Below, in pieces: positions 49,996-60,964 of a stretch of DNA of 64,000 bases. The position numbers and the translations under genes are program-made. Source of the DNA: Candidatus Eiseniibacteriota bacterium (GTDB lineage: Bacteria > Eisenbacteria > RBG-16-71-46 > CAVPCR01). The notes under the pieces were generated by a model. That model was not told where the DNA came from and did not search any database. It saw only the letters and a list, made by a program, of their open reading frames with translations. Each line of letters starts with the position of its first letter. Position 1 is the first letter of the stretch. The stretch lies in contig CAWGMA010000001.1 in the NCBI GenBank assembly GCA_963823555.1, positions 2,240,103-2,304,102 of the forward strand. The letters run 5' to 3'.

Positions 49996-50124
49996 CCGCC
50001 TCCAGCCCCGTCTCGTCACGTTTCTCGCGTTCCGCATCTCCCCTTTCCTCCCTCGCCGCAATGGTTAGAATGGCTCCGAGGTTGGGCCATCGCGCCCTCG
50101 GCACGCCTCCCAGGAGGAAATGGC

Positions 50125-51114
50125 ATGTCCATTCGTTTCGATGACTTCTTACGCGGCATCGGGCCGCCGCAATTCCAGAACTGGGCCGTGACGCTCGTCA
50201 TCGCCCTCGTCGCCATCGCCGTCCTCACCACCACGGTCTACACCGTGGATGCCGACGAGGAAGCGGTCATCCGGCGACTGGGCCGGCACGTGCGCACCGA
50301 AGGACCCGGGATCCACCTGAAGATCCCCCTCGGGATCGAACGCTCGACGCGGGTCAAGGTGCAGCGCGTCTTCAAGGAGGAGTTCGGTTTCCGCACCGCG
50401 CGCGCCGGCGTGCGGAGCGAGTACGTCGAGGGGGATTTCGGCGAGGAATCCCTCATGCTCACCGGCGACCTGAACATCGCCGATGTGCAGTGGGTCGTCC
50501 AGTACGAGGTCAAGAATCCGGCCAACTTCGTCTTCAACATGCGGGACGTGGTCGGTACGCTGCGCGCGGCGAGCGAGGCGGCGATGCGCCAGGTGGTCGG
50601 CGACCGCAGCGTGACCGAGGTCCTGACCATCGGCCGCGCCGAGATCGGAGCCGAGACCGAGGCCGTGCTGCAACGGCTCCTGGATGCCTACGGCTCGGGC
50701 ATCAAGGTGGTCACGGTCCAGCTCCAGGACGTGAACCCGCCCGATCCGGTGAAGCCTTCCTTCAACGACGTCAACCAGGCCCGCCAGGAGAAGGAGCGCA
50801 TCACGAACCAGGCCTGGGAGAGCTACAACAAGGCTGTCCCCGAGGCCGAGGGCATGGCCAAGCGTACGATCTCGGAGGCCGAGGGCTACGCGCTCTCCCG
50901 CATCAACACCGCCCGCGGCGAGGCCGACCGCTTCTCCTCGGTGTGGCAGGCCTATCGCACGGCCAAGGATGCCACCCGGCGCCGCATGTACCTCGAGACC
51001 ATGGCCGAGCTGATGCCGGGGATCGAGACCAAGTACATCGTCGACGCGCGGCAGTCGGGGATCCTGCCGCTCCTGAACCTGGACCGGCAGACGAAGGGAG
51101 GTGAGGCGAAATGA
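50125..51114 (+). CDS. hflK: FtsH modulator HflK
   Basis: SLMLTGDLNI, VQLQDVNPPDPV..SFNDV, ARGEADRF, TRRRMYLET. Confidence 0.93.
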   Translation: MSIRFDDFLRGIGPPQFQNWAVTLVIALVAIAVLTTTVYTVDADEEAVIRRLGRHVRTEGPGIHLKIPLGIERSTRVKVQRVFKEEFGFRTARAGVRSEYVEGDFGEESLMLTGDLNIADVQWVVQYEVKNPANFVFNMRDVVGTLRAASEAAMRQVVGDRSVTEVLTIGRAEIGAETEAVLQRLLDAYGSGIKVVTVQLQDVNPPDPVKPSFNDVNQARQEKERITNQAWESYNKAVPEAEGMAKRTISEAEGYALSRINTARGEADRFSSVWQAYRTAKDATRRRMYLETMAELMPGIETKYIVDARQSGILPLLNLDRQTKGGEAK

Positions 51115-52034
51115 AGAAGAACCTCGGGCTCGTCGTCCTCTTCCTCGTCCTCATCGTGCTCTCGAACTGCTTCTACGTGGTCGACATGACCGAGCAGGTG
51201 CTCATCACCTACTTCGGCAAGCCGGAGCGGGTGGTGTCCGACCCGGGTCTCCACCTCAAGGGTCCGTTCTTATGGAAAGTGAACCGTCTCGAGAAGCGGA
51301 CCCTGGAGTGGGACGGCTACGCCTCGCAGATTCCCACCCGCGACAAGAAGTACATCTGGGTCGACACCTACGCCCGCTGGCGGATCGTCGATCCGCTCCA
51401 GTTCTTCCAGTCGGTGCAGAGCGAGCGCGAGGCCCAGTCGCGGCTCGACGACATCGTGGACGGCACCACCCGGGACCTCGTGAGCCAGTACAACCTGATC
51501 GAGCTCGTGCGCAACTCCAACCGCGAGATGGAGACCGACGAGGCCGCATCGATGTCGGAGATCGCTCCGATCCAATTCGGCCGCCAGAAGATCGCCCAGG
51601 AGATTCTCGAGCGCGCCTCGAAGCTCATGCCCGAGTTCGGCATCGAGCTCGTCGACATGCAGGTGAAGCGCATCAACTACGTCGAGGAGGTGCGGCAGAA
51701 GGTGTACGAGCGCATGATCTCGGAGCGCCGGCTCATCGCCGAGCTGACCCGCTCCGAGGGCCGGCGCAACTTCGAGGAGATCGAGGGGACCCGGGCCAAG
51801 GAGCTCAAGCGGATCCAGTCGGAGGCCGAGCAGCGGTCGGCTCAGATTCGCGGCCAGGCCGACTCGGTCGCCACCCGCATCTTCGCCTCGGCGGTCAACC
51901 AGGACCCCGAGTTCTACTCGTTCGTGAAGACGCTCGAGAGCTACTCGACCTCGCTCCGGGGATCGAGCACGCTCATCCTCTCCACCGACGCCGATTACCT
52001 GCAGTACCTGAAGGACTTGAGCCCGGGGCGCTAG
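51111..52034 (+). CDS. hflC: FtsH modulator HflC
   Basis: PGLHLK, TRDKK, ARWRIVDP, VYERMISER, DPEFYSF. ATGA overlap with hflK. Confidence 0.93.
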   Translation: MKKNLGLVVLFLVLIVLSNCFYVVDMTEQVLITYFGKPERVVSDPGLHLKGPFLWKVNRLEKRTLEWDGYASQIPTRDKKYIWVDTYARWRIVDPLQFFQSVQSEREAQSRLDDIVDGTTRDLVSQYNLIELVRNSNREMETDEAASMSEIAPIQFGRQKIAQEILERASKLMPEFGIELVDMQVKRINYVEEVRQKVYERMISERRLIAELTRSEGRRNFEEIEGTRAKELKRIQSEAEQRSAQIRGQADSVATRIFASAVNQDPEFYSFVKTLESYSTSLRGSSTLILSTDADYLQYLKDLSPGR

Positions 52035-52044
52035 CCCCGGGCTC
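52019..52044. terminator. Stem-loop overlapping the hflC stop
   Basis: GAGCCCGGGGC-GCTA-GCCCCGGGCTC, an 11-bp stem with no clear U-tract. Confidence 0.45.
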
Positions 52045-52264
52045 GCCGCCCTCCCTCCCCCGGCACCGCCCGCCGAATCTGCCAACCACCGTTGGAGATC
52101 GGCGGGTCTTCAGTTATCATATGGAGGTGAGCTTTGGCTCGCCCCGGACCGTGGCCCGGCACTCACCGGTCAATCGAACATGAGCCTGTTGCCCCGGAGG
52201 CGGGGGCTCCCCCGCCCCACCTCCGGGCGCAGCGCTTCTGTGGACGCGGATGAGGAGGAATGCC

Positions 52265-55200
52265 ATGGAATCTGCCAAGCATCTGGCAGCGATTCCCATC
52301 ATGCTGGCTCTGGCGCTGACGCTCGGAGCTCCGGGACCGGCCGCCGCTCAGACCTTCGACATCGACGGCAGCACGGGACCGCACGGCCTCGTACTACGCT
52401 CCCAGTCGCCGGCCGGGGTCGATCTGCACTTCGAGATGACCTCGTTCGCGATGGAGCCCGTCGCGATCGACGGCGCGACCTACCAGAAGATCACCATGCC
52501 CCAGGTGTTCCTGCCGAACGACGCCGGGGCTCCCGACCTCGCGGGCCTGAGCCGCTTCGTGGCCATCCCGGAGGGGGCGAACGCCGTCTTCACGATCACG
52601 AGCACCAGCATGCGCACGTTCCAGGATGTGGACGTGGCGCCGGCGCCGGTGATCCCGCGCGAGAACGATGATTCGCCGCTCGTCTACCGGCGGAACCCGG
52701 CCATCTTCGGCCGCGACGCCTACTACCCGGCGAGCCCCGTCCTCCTCTCCGAGGCCGGTGACATGCGCGGCGTCGACGTCGTCACCATCGGCATCACACC
52801 CTTCCAGTACAACCCGGTCACGCGGGAGCTCCAGGTCTTCACCGCGACTCGATGTCCGCATCGACTTCCACGGGCGGCACCGGGGTCTTCGGCGAGGAGC
52901 GGCTGCGCAGCCGCTTCTGGGAACCGATCCTCGAGCGAGCACCTCCTCAACTACGCCTCGCTGCCGCGATCGACTTCGAGCGGCAACCGGGGCACCGATC
53001 GTCGACGGCTATCGAGTACATGATCATCTGCCCGGACGATCCGGACTTCATCGCCTGGGCGGACACGCTCAAGGCCTGGCGCAAGCTCGCAGGGCATCTC
53101 GACCGAGGTCTTCACCACCACCGACATCGGCGGCACCACCGCGACCGCGATCGAGAACTGGCTGAACGACGCCTACCTCACCTGGAACCCGGCGCCGGCC
53201 GCCTTCCTCCTCCTCGGCGACTACCCGGGCACCGGCTTCCTCGATTCGGGCATCACCTCCCCGATCTGGAACAGCTACTGCGTCTCCGACAACATGTACG
53301 CCGACGTCGACGGCGACAATCTGCCCGACATGGTCCACGGCCGCATCACGGCGCGCGACGCCGGCGAGCTCGAGACCATGATCGGCAAGATGCTCGACGT
53401 ACGAGCGGGAGCCCTACACCGATCCCAGCTTCTACGACCACCCGATCATCGCCGGCGGCTGGCAGACCGAGCGCTGGTTCATCCTCTGCACCGAGGTCTG
53501 CTTCGGCCACCAGGCGAACGTCCTCGGCAAGAACCCGGTCCGCGAGTACGCCATCTACTCGGGCACCCCGGGCACGGTCTGGTCGACCGACCACCAACAC
53601 CGGCGATCGTCGTCAACTACTTCGGCCCGAGCGGGCTCGGCTACATCCCGGCGACGCCGCCAGCACCTGACCGACTGGGGCGCCAACGCCACCCGCGTCA
53701 ACAACGACATCAACGCGGGCACCTACATGCTGCTGCACCGCGACCACGGCTTCGAGACCGGGCTGGGGCGAGCCCGACTACGCAGACCGCGCATCTGGCC
53801 GGGCTCACCAACGACATGTACCCGTTCGTCTTCACCATCAACTGCCTGACCGGCAAGTACAACTACGCGCGGCGAGTGCTTCACCGAGCGCTTCCACCGC
53901 ATGGCGCAACGGGCGCCTCGGTCTGATCGCCGCCTCGGAGATCTCCTACTCCTTCGTCAACGACACCTTCATCTGGGGCATGTTCGACCGCATGTGGCCC
54001 GAGTTCATGCCCGACTACGGGCCCTACGACCCCGTGCCCCGCTTCGCCACCGACCTGCGCCCCGCCTTCGGCATGGCCAACGGCAAGTACTTCCTGCAGG
54101 CCTCGCAGCTGGCCCTACAACACCGTCGAACAAGGACGACACCCACCATCTCTTCCATCATCACGGCGACGCCTTCATGCGCATGTACTCGGAGGTGCCC
54201 GCAGCACCTGACGGTGGACCACGATGGCGTCCTGCTTCCTCGGGCTCCACGACCTTCGCAGGTCCAGGCGGACGAGGGGGCGGTCGATCGCCCTCACGGT
54301 CGACGGCGAGATCGTCGGCGTGGCCGATGCCACCGGCTTCCCGCAGGAGATGATCGATCACCCCGCAGACCGAGCCGGGGACGCTGCGCGTCACCGTGAC
54401 CAAGGCCAACCACTACCGCTACGCAGCCGAGGTGCCGATCGTGCCGCCCACGGGCCCCTATCTCGTCTACGACGCCTGCCAGGTCCTCGACGCGGACGGC
54501 GACGATGACGGCGTTCTCGATGCCGGCGAGGCGGACGGCCTCGAGGTCGACGCTCGAGAACGTCGGGGTCGCCCACACGACGGGCGTGACGGCCGTCCTC
54601 GATACCGAGGACGCCTTCGTCACGATCGTGACCGGCGAGCAGGCCTTCCCCGACATCCCGGCCGGCAGCACGGCGGGTCTGCATCGAGCCCTTCGGGATC
54701 CGGGTGGCGGGGAACTGCCCCGATGGCCACAACGTGATCTTCACGCTCACGGCGACGGCCAACGAGGGCCAGTGGGAGAGCACGTTCACCCTGCCGGTGC
54801 AGGCACCCGTCCTCGCCGCGGGGAGCCTCTTCACCGACGACGGCGGCGGGAACGGCAACGGCCGGCGCCGATCCGGGCGATGTGGTGACGATGACGGTGA
54901 CGATCGCCAACATCGGTCACTCGGCGACGGCCGAGCTCACCGGCACGCTCACGACGAGCGATCCCAACGTCACGATCATGACGCCGGGCGGGACCGCGGG
55001 GCCGATCCCGTTCGGGGACGAGGGCACGATGGGGACCTTCGAGATCGAGATCCTCGCCGCCTGCCCGAGCCCGACCCAGATCCCGCTCCAGGTCGAGGTG
55101 AGCGCCGATAACGGCTTCCATGCCATCCTCGACTACGAGATGGCGGTCGGGCCGTGGTTCGACGACGCCGAGGCCGAGCGCGGCTGGACGCTCGGGGCGC

Positions 55201-56021
55201 CGGGCGACAACGCGACGAGCGGCATCTGGATCCGCGAGGATCCGGTCGGCACCACCTACAACAGCCAGGCTGGTGCAGCCGGAGGACGACCACACTCAAG
55301 CGCCGGGCGTGGTCTGCTTCGTCACCGGCAACGCGGCGCCGGGCGCGGCGGCCGGCGACGGCCGACGTCGACGGCGGCAAGACGACGCTCCTATCGCCGG
55401 TCTTCGATCTCTCCGACGCGACGACGGCGAGCGTGAGCTACTGGCGCTGGTACACCAACAACCTCGGCAACAGCCCCAACGAGGACTACGTGGGCGGTGG
55501 ATGTCACCGCCGACGGGGTCAACTGGGTGAGCCTCGAGAACACGATGACGAGCGCGGCGGCGTGGAACCAGTACTCGTTCGACCTCGCCGATTACATCCC
55601 CTTCACCGGGCACATGCAGGTGCGCTTCATCGCCGCCGACGAGATCAACGGCTCGCTGGTGGAGGCGGCGGTGGATGACATCATGTTCGACGTGACGCGC
55701 GGCTCCTCGGCCGGGATCGATCCGGAAGGCGCGAGCGGGATCCGCACCAGCGGCCTCGTGTCGCTGAGCCCGAACCCGTTCAACCCCGCCGTCACCGTCG
55801 TCTATGGCGTCAGCGAGAAGGCGCCGGTCGAGATGAAGGTGTACGACGTCGCCGGGCGCATGGTGCGCTCGCTCGTGAGCGGGGTCGTCGCCGCCGGGGA
55901 GCACACGGTCGTCTTCGACGGCCGGAACTCCGCCGGCGAGAGCCTGGCCTCGGGCGTCTACTTCTTGCGTTTCGACACGCCCGAGGTGACGCAGGTGCGT
56001 CAGCTCGTGCTCCTCAAGTAG
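52265..56021 (+). CDS. Second gingipain-like peptidase C25 with a C-terminal FlgD-Ig domain, heavily frameshifted
   Basis: Propeptide PFQYNPVTREL, SDNMYADVDGD, HGRITA, HRDHG and TINCLTG (His/Cys dyad), HHHGD; C-terminal SPNPFNP..VYDVAGR..SGVYF. Confidence 0.85.
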
Positions 56022-56842
56022 ACCGGGTCCCCGACCGGTAGGGTGGTCGAAGCCCGGCCGTCGGTCATCCGCCCCTTCGGGGGCGGAGCCGGCTGCCGGG
56101 CTTCTTCATTGGCCAGGGGCTCTCTCGTCACATCGCGGGCGAGGAGCATGGCCCCGATCCGCCGCGAGGCGCCGTTGTAGAACCCGGCCTCCGCCGCCCA
56201 CGTGCGCGGATTGTCGAAGGTCCCGAAGATCATGTCGAAGAGCGGGAGATCGGCGTAGTTGCTGCGATGCACGCCGCGCTCGTGGTGGATGCCGTGGCTC
56301 TCCGGACGCTGGATGAGGTAGCCGAGCCAGCGCGGGGTGCGGATGTTGGCGTGCTGGAACATGGCGTTGAAGGTGAGGAACGCCGCCCCGATCGCCCCCG
56401 CCTCGAGGGAGAGCCCGAGGAGCGGGAAGAAGACGAGGCTACTCCAGGTCGTGAAGAAGAAGGTGTCGAGCGGAGAGAGGAAGTAGGCGCCGAAGGCGTC
56501 GAGGCTCTCCGCCGAGTGATGCATCTGGTGCGCCCAGCGCCAGAGCGGATCGAAGGCGTGCGCGGCGCGGTGGTACCAGTAGTGGCAGAGCTGGTAGACG
56601 AGGATCCCGACCACGGCCCCCGCAGCACCGAGCCCGCCGAGGTCGAAGAGGTGGAAGTCGCCGAGGAGGGTGCCCCAGAGGGTGGCGACCCCGATCGAGA
56701 GGACGAAGGCGCCCGCGCTCACGAGGAGGCCGGCCACGCGCCAGAAGCGGGGGGCGTCGAAGCGCCGCGCCCGGTGGACGAGGTCGAGGACGAGGAAGAG
56801 GGGGATGAATCCGAGTCCGATGAGGGTGATCGTGTCGGCCAT
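56000..56842 (-). CDS. Sterol desaturase/fatty acid hydroxylase family membrane protein
   Basis: His boxes YWYHRAAH, HQMHHS, FQHAN, HGIHH, followed by NYAD..FDMIFGT. Confidence 0.9.
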   Translation of the reverse strand: MADTITLIGLGFIPLFLVLDLVHRARRFDAPRFWRVAGLLVSAGAFVLSIGVATLWGTLLGDFHLFDLGGLGAAGAVVGILVYQLCHYWYHRAAHAFDPLWRWAHQMHHSAESLDAFGAYFLSPLDTFFFTTWSSLVFFPLLGLSLEAGAIGAAFLTFNAMFQHANIRTPRWLGYLIQRPESHGIHHERGVHRSNYADLPLFDMIFGTFDNPRTWAAEAGFYNGASRRIGAMLLARDVTREPLANEEARQPAPPPKGRMTDGRASTTLPVGDPVYLRSTS

Positions 56843-57211
56843 GGCTCTCTGGCTCCTTTCGAGTGTTGCGGGCGAGTGTTCCGGGCTTGTGGGGCGGGCC
56901 GTGCCGTCCCGTTGTCGTCTGGTGAAAGGTACGGCGAACGGACCCCGCTCAAGAATTCGCAGGACTACCGTATTTGGCAGGGAGGGCTACTGTAGGCGGG
57001 GTAAGTGGATGCGCGGTTTCGAGATGGCCCGAACGCGGGGCGGCCGTCCGGGCGGGGGTCACCCCCTGCCGGGTCGAAACCAGGAACCGGCTGGCGGCGT
57101 ACAAGGCAATGTGGCCACGCTCTTCCTCACGGTTGGATCCGGCAGGTGATCGCGGCCCAGTCCTCAGTCCTCCATCACAACTGGCAATTGCCCCTGGCAG
57201 GGATCGAGCCC

Positions 57212-57988
57212 ATGCAGTGTCGCTATCCGGCGAAAGCCGCACTCCGGATGGTTGGCCCGAGCTTCGCCGCCGCGCTCCTCGTGAGCGCGGTCCTTTCCGG
57301 CGCCGTCTCGCTCGCCCTGGCCGCGACGTCCTGCGATTCGCTGCTTGGCGAGGCCCCCTACCCGCCGTCCGAAGCCGTGGCCGCGGCTCGGGTGGCGACC
57401 TGCACGGAGAAGCCCTGTGCCATGCTCGCGCGCGGTTTGGCGCACCTCACCTCGGGAGAGGTCGAGGAGGCGCGCGAGGCCCTGGCCAAGGCGGCCGAGC
57501 TCGATCCCGATTCACCATGGCCGAGTTACTACCTGTGCATCGTTGCCCTCCGCTCCGGCGACACGCTCGGCGCGGTCGAGGCAGCTGAACGGACCGTTGC
57601 TCTCGTCCCCAACCTGGCCGGGGCGCAGGCGCTCCTCGGCGAGGCGCGCCTCGTGGCCGGCGAGGGCGAGAAGGCACTCGGTCCGTTCCGCATGGCGATC
57701 GCTCTCGCGCCGGGTCGGGCGCGCGGCCACCTCGATATGGGCCGCGCCGCGATCACGGTCGGGAAACCCGAGCTCGCGGTGATCGCGCTCAAGCGGGCGA
57801 TCGAGCTCGATGCGAGCTGCCATGAAGCGTGCTTCCTCCTCGCGCGGGCGCAGATGAACGCCGGCGAAGTCGCACAAGGCTGCGAGACGCTCAAGAAGTA
57901 CTTGGAGATCGCAGACGGGGTGACGGAAGAGGCCGAGCGCGTGGAGCGGGCGCGCGAGCTGCTCAGGCGGTTCTCGGAGCGTGGCTAA
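57212..57988 (+). CDS. Exported TPR-repeat protein (start uncertain)
   Basis: Hydrophobic signal, then TPR units such as AREALAKAAELDP and LKRAIELDA. Confidence 0.8.
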   Translation: MQCRYPAKAALRMVGPSFAAALLVSAVLSGAVSLALAATSCDSLLGEAPYPPSEAVAAARVATCTEKPCAMLARGLAHLTSGEVEEAREALAKAAELDPDSPWPSYYLCIVALRSGDTLGAVEAAERTVALVPNLAGAQALLGEARLVAGEGEKALGPFRMAIALAPGRARGHLDMGRAAITVGKPELAVIALKRAIELDASCHEACFLLARAQMNAGEVAQGCETLKKYLEIADGVTEEAERVERARELLRRFSERG

Positions 57989-58033
57989 GTAGGTCGGGCG
58001 ACCGCGGCCACGCGGCAAGAGGCAGAGAAGAGG

Positions 58034-58071
58034 AGACGCCCCTGCAGGAGACGGCAGGGGCGTCTTGCTTT
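58034..58071. terminator. Intrinsic terminator between the convergent TPR and bcp genes
   Basis: 12-bp stem AGACGCCCCTGC/GCAGGGGCGTCT followed by TGCTTT. Confidence 0.7.
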
Positions 58072-58118
58072 CCTTGGGTGTGTCGATGGCGGATGGAGGT
58101 GCCGGCCGCCCGCGAGCC

Positions 58119-59212
58119 TCAGATCTCCCTGAGTGCCGCGAGCACCTGGTCGTCGTGGCCTTCCACCTTCACCCGGCGCCAGGCGCGGCGGATGACGCCG
58201 TTCCGGTCGATGAGGAAGGTCGAGCGCTCGATCCCCATCGACTTCTTGCCGTACATGTTCTTCTCCTTCCAGACCCCGTACTTCTGCGCCAGCTCGGCGC
58301 CCGCGTCGACGAGGAGCGGGAAGTTGAGATTGTGCTTGGCCACGAACTTGGCGTGCGAGTTGCGGTCGTCGGGGCTCACGCCGAGGACGACGGCGCCCAG
58401 GTCTTCCATCTCGCGCTTGAGATCGCGGAAGGTGCAGGCCTCGATGGTGCAGCCGGGCGTCATGTCCTTCGGGTAGAAGTAGAGGACGACGTGGTTGTAG
58501 CCCTTGTAGTCGGCCAGCGACACCATCTCGCCGCGATCGCTCTCGAGCCGGAAGTTCGGGGCCGGCGAGCCGGGCTCGACGGGCGGAGCGGGCAGCTTGG
58601 CGTGGGACGCCTTCTTGGGGGTGGTCGGCCTGGGAGCGGGCTTGGCGGGGGCCGGGGTGGTCGGGGCCGCGGGCTTGGGGGCGCCGGCCGTGGCCGGCGG
58701 CCAGCCGTCTTCTTGGCGGCGGCCCGGGCCGAGGCCTTCTTCGGGGCCGACTTGGCGGCCGTCTTCGGGGCCGTCGTCTTCGCTGCCTTCTTGCGGGCGG
58801 CCTTCTTGGCCGTCTTCTTGGCCACGGCCTTCCGCGCCGCCTTCTCTACCTGGACGGCCCGCTTGGCCGCCTTCTTGACCGCCTTCTTCGCGGCCTTCTG
58901 CATGGACTTGCCGGCAGCCCCCGCCTTCTTCGCGGCTTTCTTCATGGCCTTGCTGGCAGCCCCGGCCTTCTTCCGGGCCACCTTCTTGGCGGTGGAAAGG
59001 CGCCTGGCGAGCTTCTTCACCGCCTTCTTCATAGCCTTCTTGCGGGCCGCCTTCTTGCGGGTGGCCTTCCTGGCGGCCTTCTTCCTTGCGACCTTCTTCG
59101 TGGCCGCTTTCTTGGCGACCTTCTTCTTGGCGGTCTTCCTGGCGACCTTCCTGGTCCCGGCCATGGCCTCGGACCCGGCAGCCGCCTCACCGGCCATCTT
59201 CTCTGCAGCCAT
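58119..59212 (-). CDS. bcp: Peroxiredoxin Bcp/PrxQ with a long N-terminal Lys/Ala-rich histone-like extension (one frameshift near 58705)
   Basis: VLYFYPKDMTPGCTIEACTFRD, LGVSPD, GIERSTFLID. The Bcp frame extends upstream as a Pro/Ala/Lys linker (..PVEPGSPAPNFRL). KKVAKKAA repeats follow ATG 59212, which has a GGAGGT RBS. Confidence 0.82.
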
Positions 59213-59240
59213 CGACACCTCCATGCGTCGCAAGCGCGAA

Positions 59241-59269
59241 CCCCCCGCAAACTAGGGAGTTGCGGGGGG
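59241..59269 (-). terminator. Hairpin immediately 3' of tRNA-Trp
   Basis: 10-bp stem CCCCCCGCAA/TTGCGGGGGG. Confidence 0.5.
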
Positions 59270-59281
59270 CGTCGCGGGAAC

Positions 59282-59357
59282 TGGCAGGCCCGGAGGGACT
59301 TGAACCCCCAGCCACCGGTTTTGGAGACCGACGCTCTACCACTTGAGCTACGGGCCT
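59282..59357 (-). tRNA. tRNA-Trp (CCA)
   Basis: Reverse complement AGGCCCGTAGCTCAAGTGGTAGAGCGTCGGTCTCCAAAACCGGTGGCTGGGGGTTCAAGTCCCTCCGGGCCTGCCA: 76 nt, cloverleaf, CCA anticodon, encoded CCA end. Confidence 0.96.
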
Positions 59358-59375
59358 AGCTTGTTGAGCCGTCAG

Positions 59376-59405
59376 AGGATAGACGGATCGCGAGCGGGTA
59401 GTCAA
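59376..59405 (-). promoter_or_regulatory. Sigma70-type promoter of tRNA-Trp
   Basis: TTGACT-N18-TATCCT on the minus strand, shortly upstream of the tRNA 5' end. Confidence 0.55.
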
Positions 59406-59689
59406 GATATACTGCTGCGGATCATAGCCCGACTGAGTTGGCGCTTGGGTGGCGGCTGGCCATGCCGCAGACCACCACCATGCGATAGGAAGATCAGTGA
59501 AGCCTGTATCCGGATATCCAGCGGGAGGCCGCTTGATAGCGGGGTGCGGGTACGGTCCGCTTTCGGCGGAGTGGGGGTGAGCGTGCCGGTTTCCCCTCGC
59601 AGCCCATTGAGATAGCCTGGCACCGCCCTGCAACGGGGAGCGGGATATCCATGCGGTATACTTCGCGTTAGGCCCACAAGGAACAAGCC

Positions 59690-60064
59690 ATGGCGTCCAT
59701 CATCAAGGTCACCCAAGTCATTATCGAGACCACGGCGGACCAGTACCTTGTGCGTTGCGGAACCTGTGGCGGTGATGGCCGCTTCAGCGGAACATGCCAC
59801 GTCTGCGATGGCGTTGGCCGGGTCTGGGTTCGGATCCCTTCCGATTGGCACGGCCGGGATGCGGGCCTCCTCCGGTGTGGAACCTGCGGCGGGGATGGCC
59901 GCTTCAGCGGAACGTGCCACGTCTGCGATGGGGTCGGGGTCCTGGTCAAGTGCTTCCCAAGGATCGTATGTGGCACGTGCGGCGGAGACGGCCGCCACGG
60001 TGGCACATGTCACGTGTGTGACGGCGTTGGGTCCGTGTATCTTGGGAACGTGCGTCAGTACTAG
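59690..60064 (+). CDS. Cassette 1: DnaJ-type zinc-finger repeat protein (6 x CxxCxGxG)
   Basis: Three copies of CGTCGGDGR..GTCHVCDGVG; no J-domain. Confidence 0.85.
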   Translation: MASIIKVTQVIIETTADQYLVRCGTCGGDGRFSGTCHVCDGVGRVWVRIPSDWHGRDAGLLRCGTCGGDGRFSGTCHVCDGVGVLVKCFPRIVCGTCGGDGRHGGTCHVCDGVGSVYLGNVRQY

Positions 60065-60072
60065 CGGGGGCG

Positions 60073-60129
60073 CTACAACAGCATGCAGCGGACGGCGCTG
60101 CGCGCCGCCGCTGATGCTGAGCGTTAGCC
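60073..60129 (+). other. attC recombination site 1
   Basis: ..AAC, then GCAT(G)CAGCGG(A)CGGCGC-loop-GCGCCGCCGCTGATGC, then GTTAGCC: an imperfect hairpin with two unpaired bases. Confidence 0.8.
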
Positions 60130-60155
60130 GCACGAAGGAAAGCGGGAGGCGTCCG

Positions 60156-60964
60156 TTGCATTATCACGTGATCGCGACGCTGTCAGGAGGGCGGCGGAAG
60201 TCCGTCTACAACAAGACGGAGGAGCAAGCGCTCGCTCTGGTCGTGCAATTTCTCAAGAACGGGACAATCTCGGCGACTTGGGGATCAACGGCACAAACCT
60301 TACCAAGTTCTCGAACTCCGCGTGTATAGCACCCAAGCCTCCTGGCACAAGCCTTCCGGTGGCAGTTTGGAGGAGTTCGTGAAGGGCAAGAGGAATCTCT
60401 TCTCATCTTTCGAAAAGCGAGCGAAGAGGCTCCTTGGGCAGGACGCGCCGCGCGTCTTCGTCATCATGCCCATCCAGGGTGAGGAATACGGAACCCAGGA
60501 CGAGCAGCGGATCTTCCGCGAGTACGATCAACGCTTCGAGCAGATTGAAGAGGTGCTGGCCCGTCGTGGATGCGTAGCGCTCCGCATCGACAAGGAGCAC
60601 CCCCTCGAGGAAAGGAATGGTCGACCGGATCAAGCGGGAGATCAGTTCGTCTAGCTTCGTAGTCGCCGATCTCACCGATGAGAGACCGTCTTGCTACTTC
60701 GAGGTGGGCTACGCTGACGCCCTTGGAGTACCGGTCGTCTATGTGGCGAGCAAAGAGAGCGTCGTCAACCCTAAGACCGCTACCAAGATCCACTTCGACA
60801 TTCACAAGAGCGTGAACTACTTCGTGAACATGAAACAGCTTCGGGAAAAGCTCCAAGCGGCGCTTGAGAAGAATTGGGACGCACTCTCAGGGCGAGACGC
60901 GGCGGCTAACAAGCCGACACAGCGGACGGCGCTGCGCGCCGCCGCCGCTGAACCGGAGCGTTAG
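60156..60964 (+). CDS. Cassette 2: nucleoside 2-deoxyribosyltransferase-like (NDT/TIR-like fold) protein, frameshifts near 60300 and 60612
   Basis: GGGAGG RBS and TTG 60156; VFVIMP, ALRIDK, FVVADLTDERPSCYFEVGYADALGVPV, IHFDI. Confidence 0.75.
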
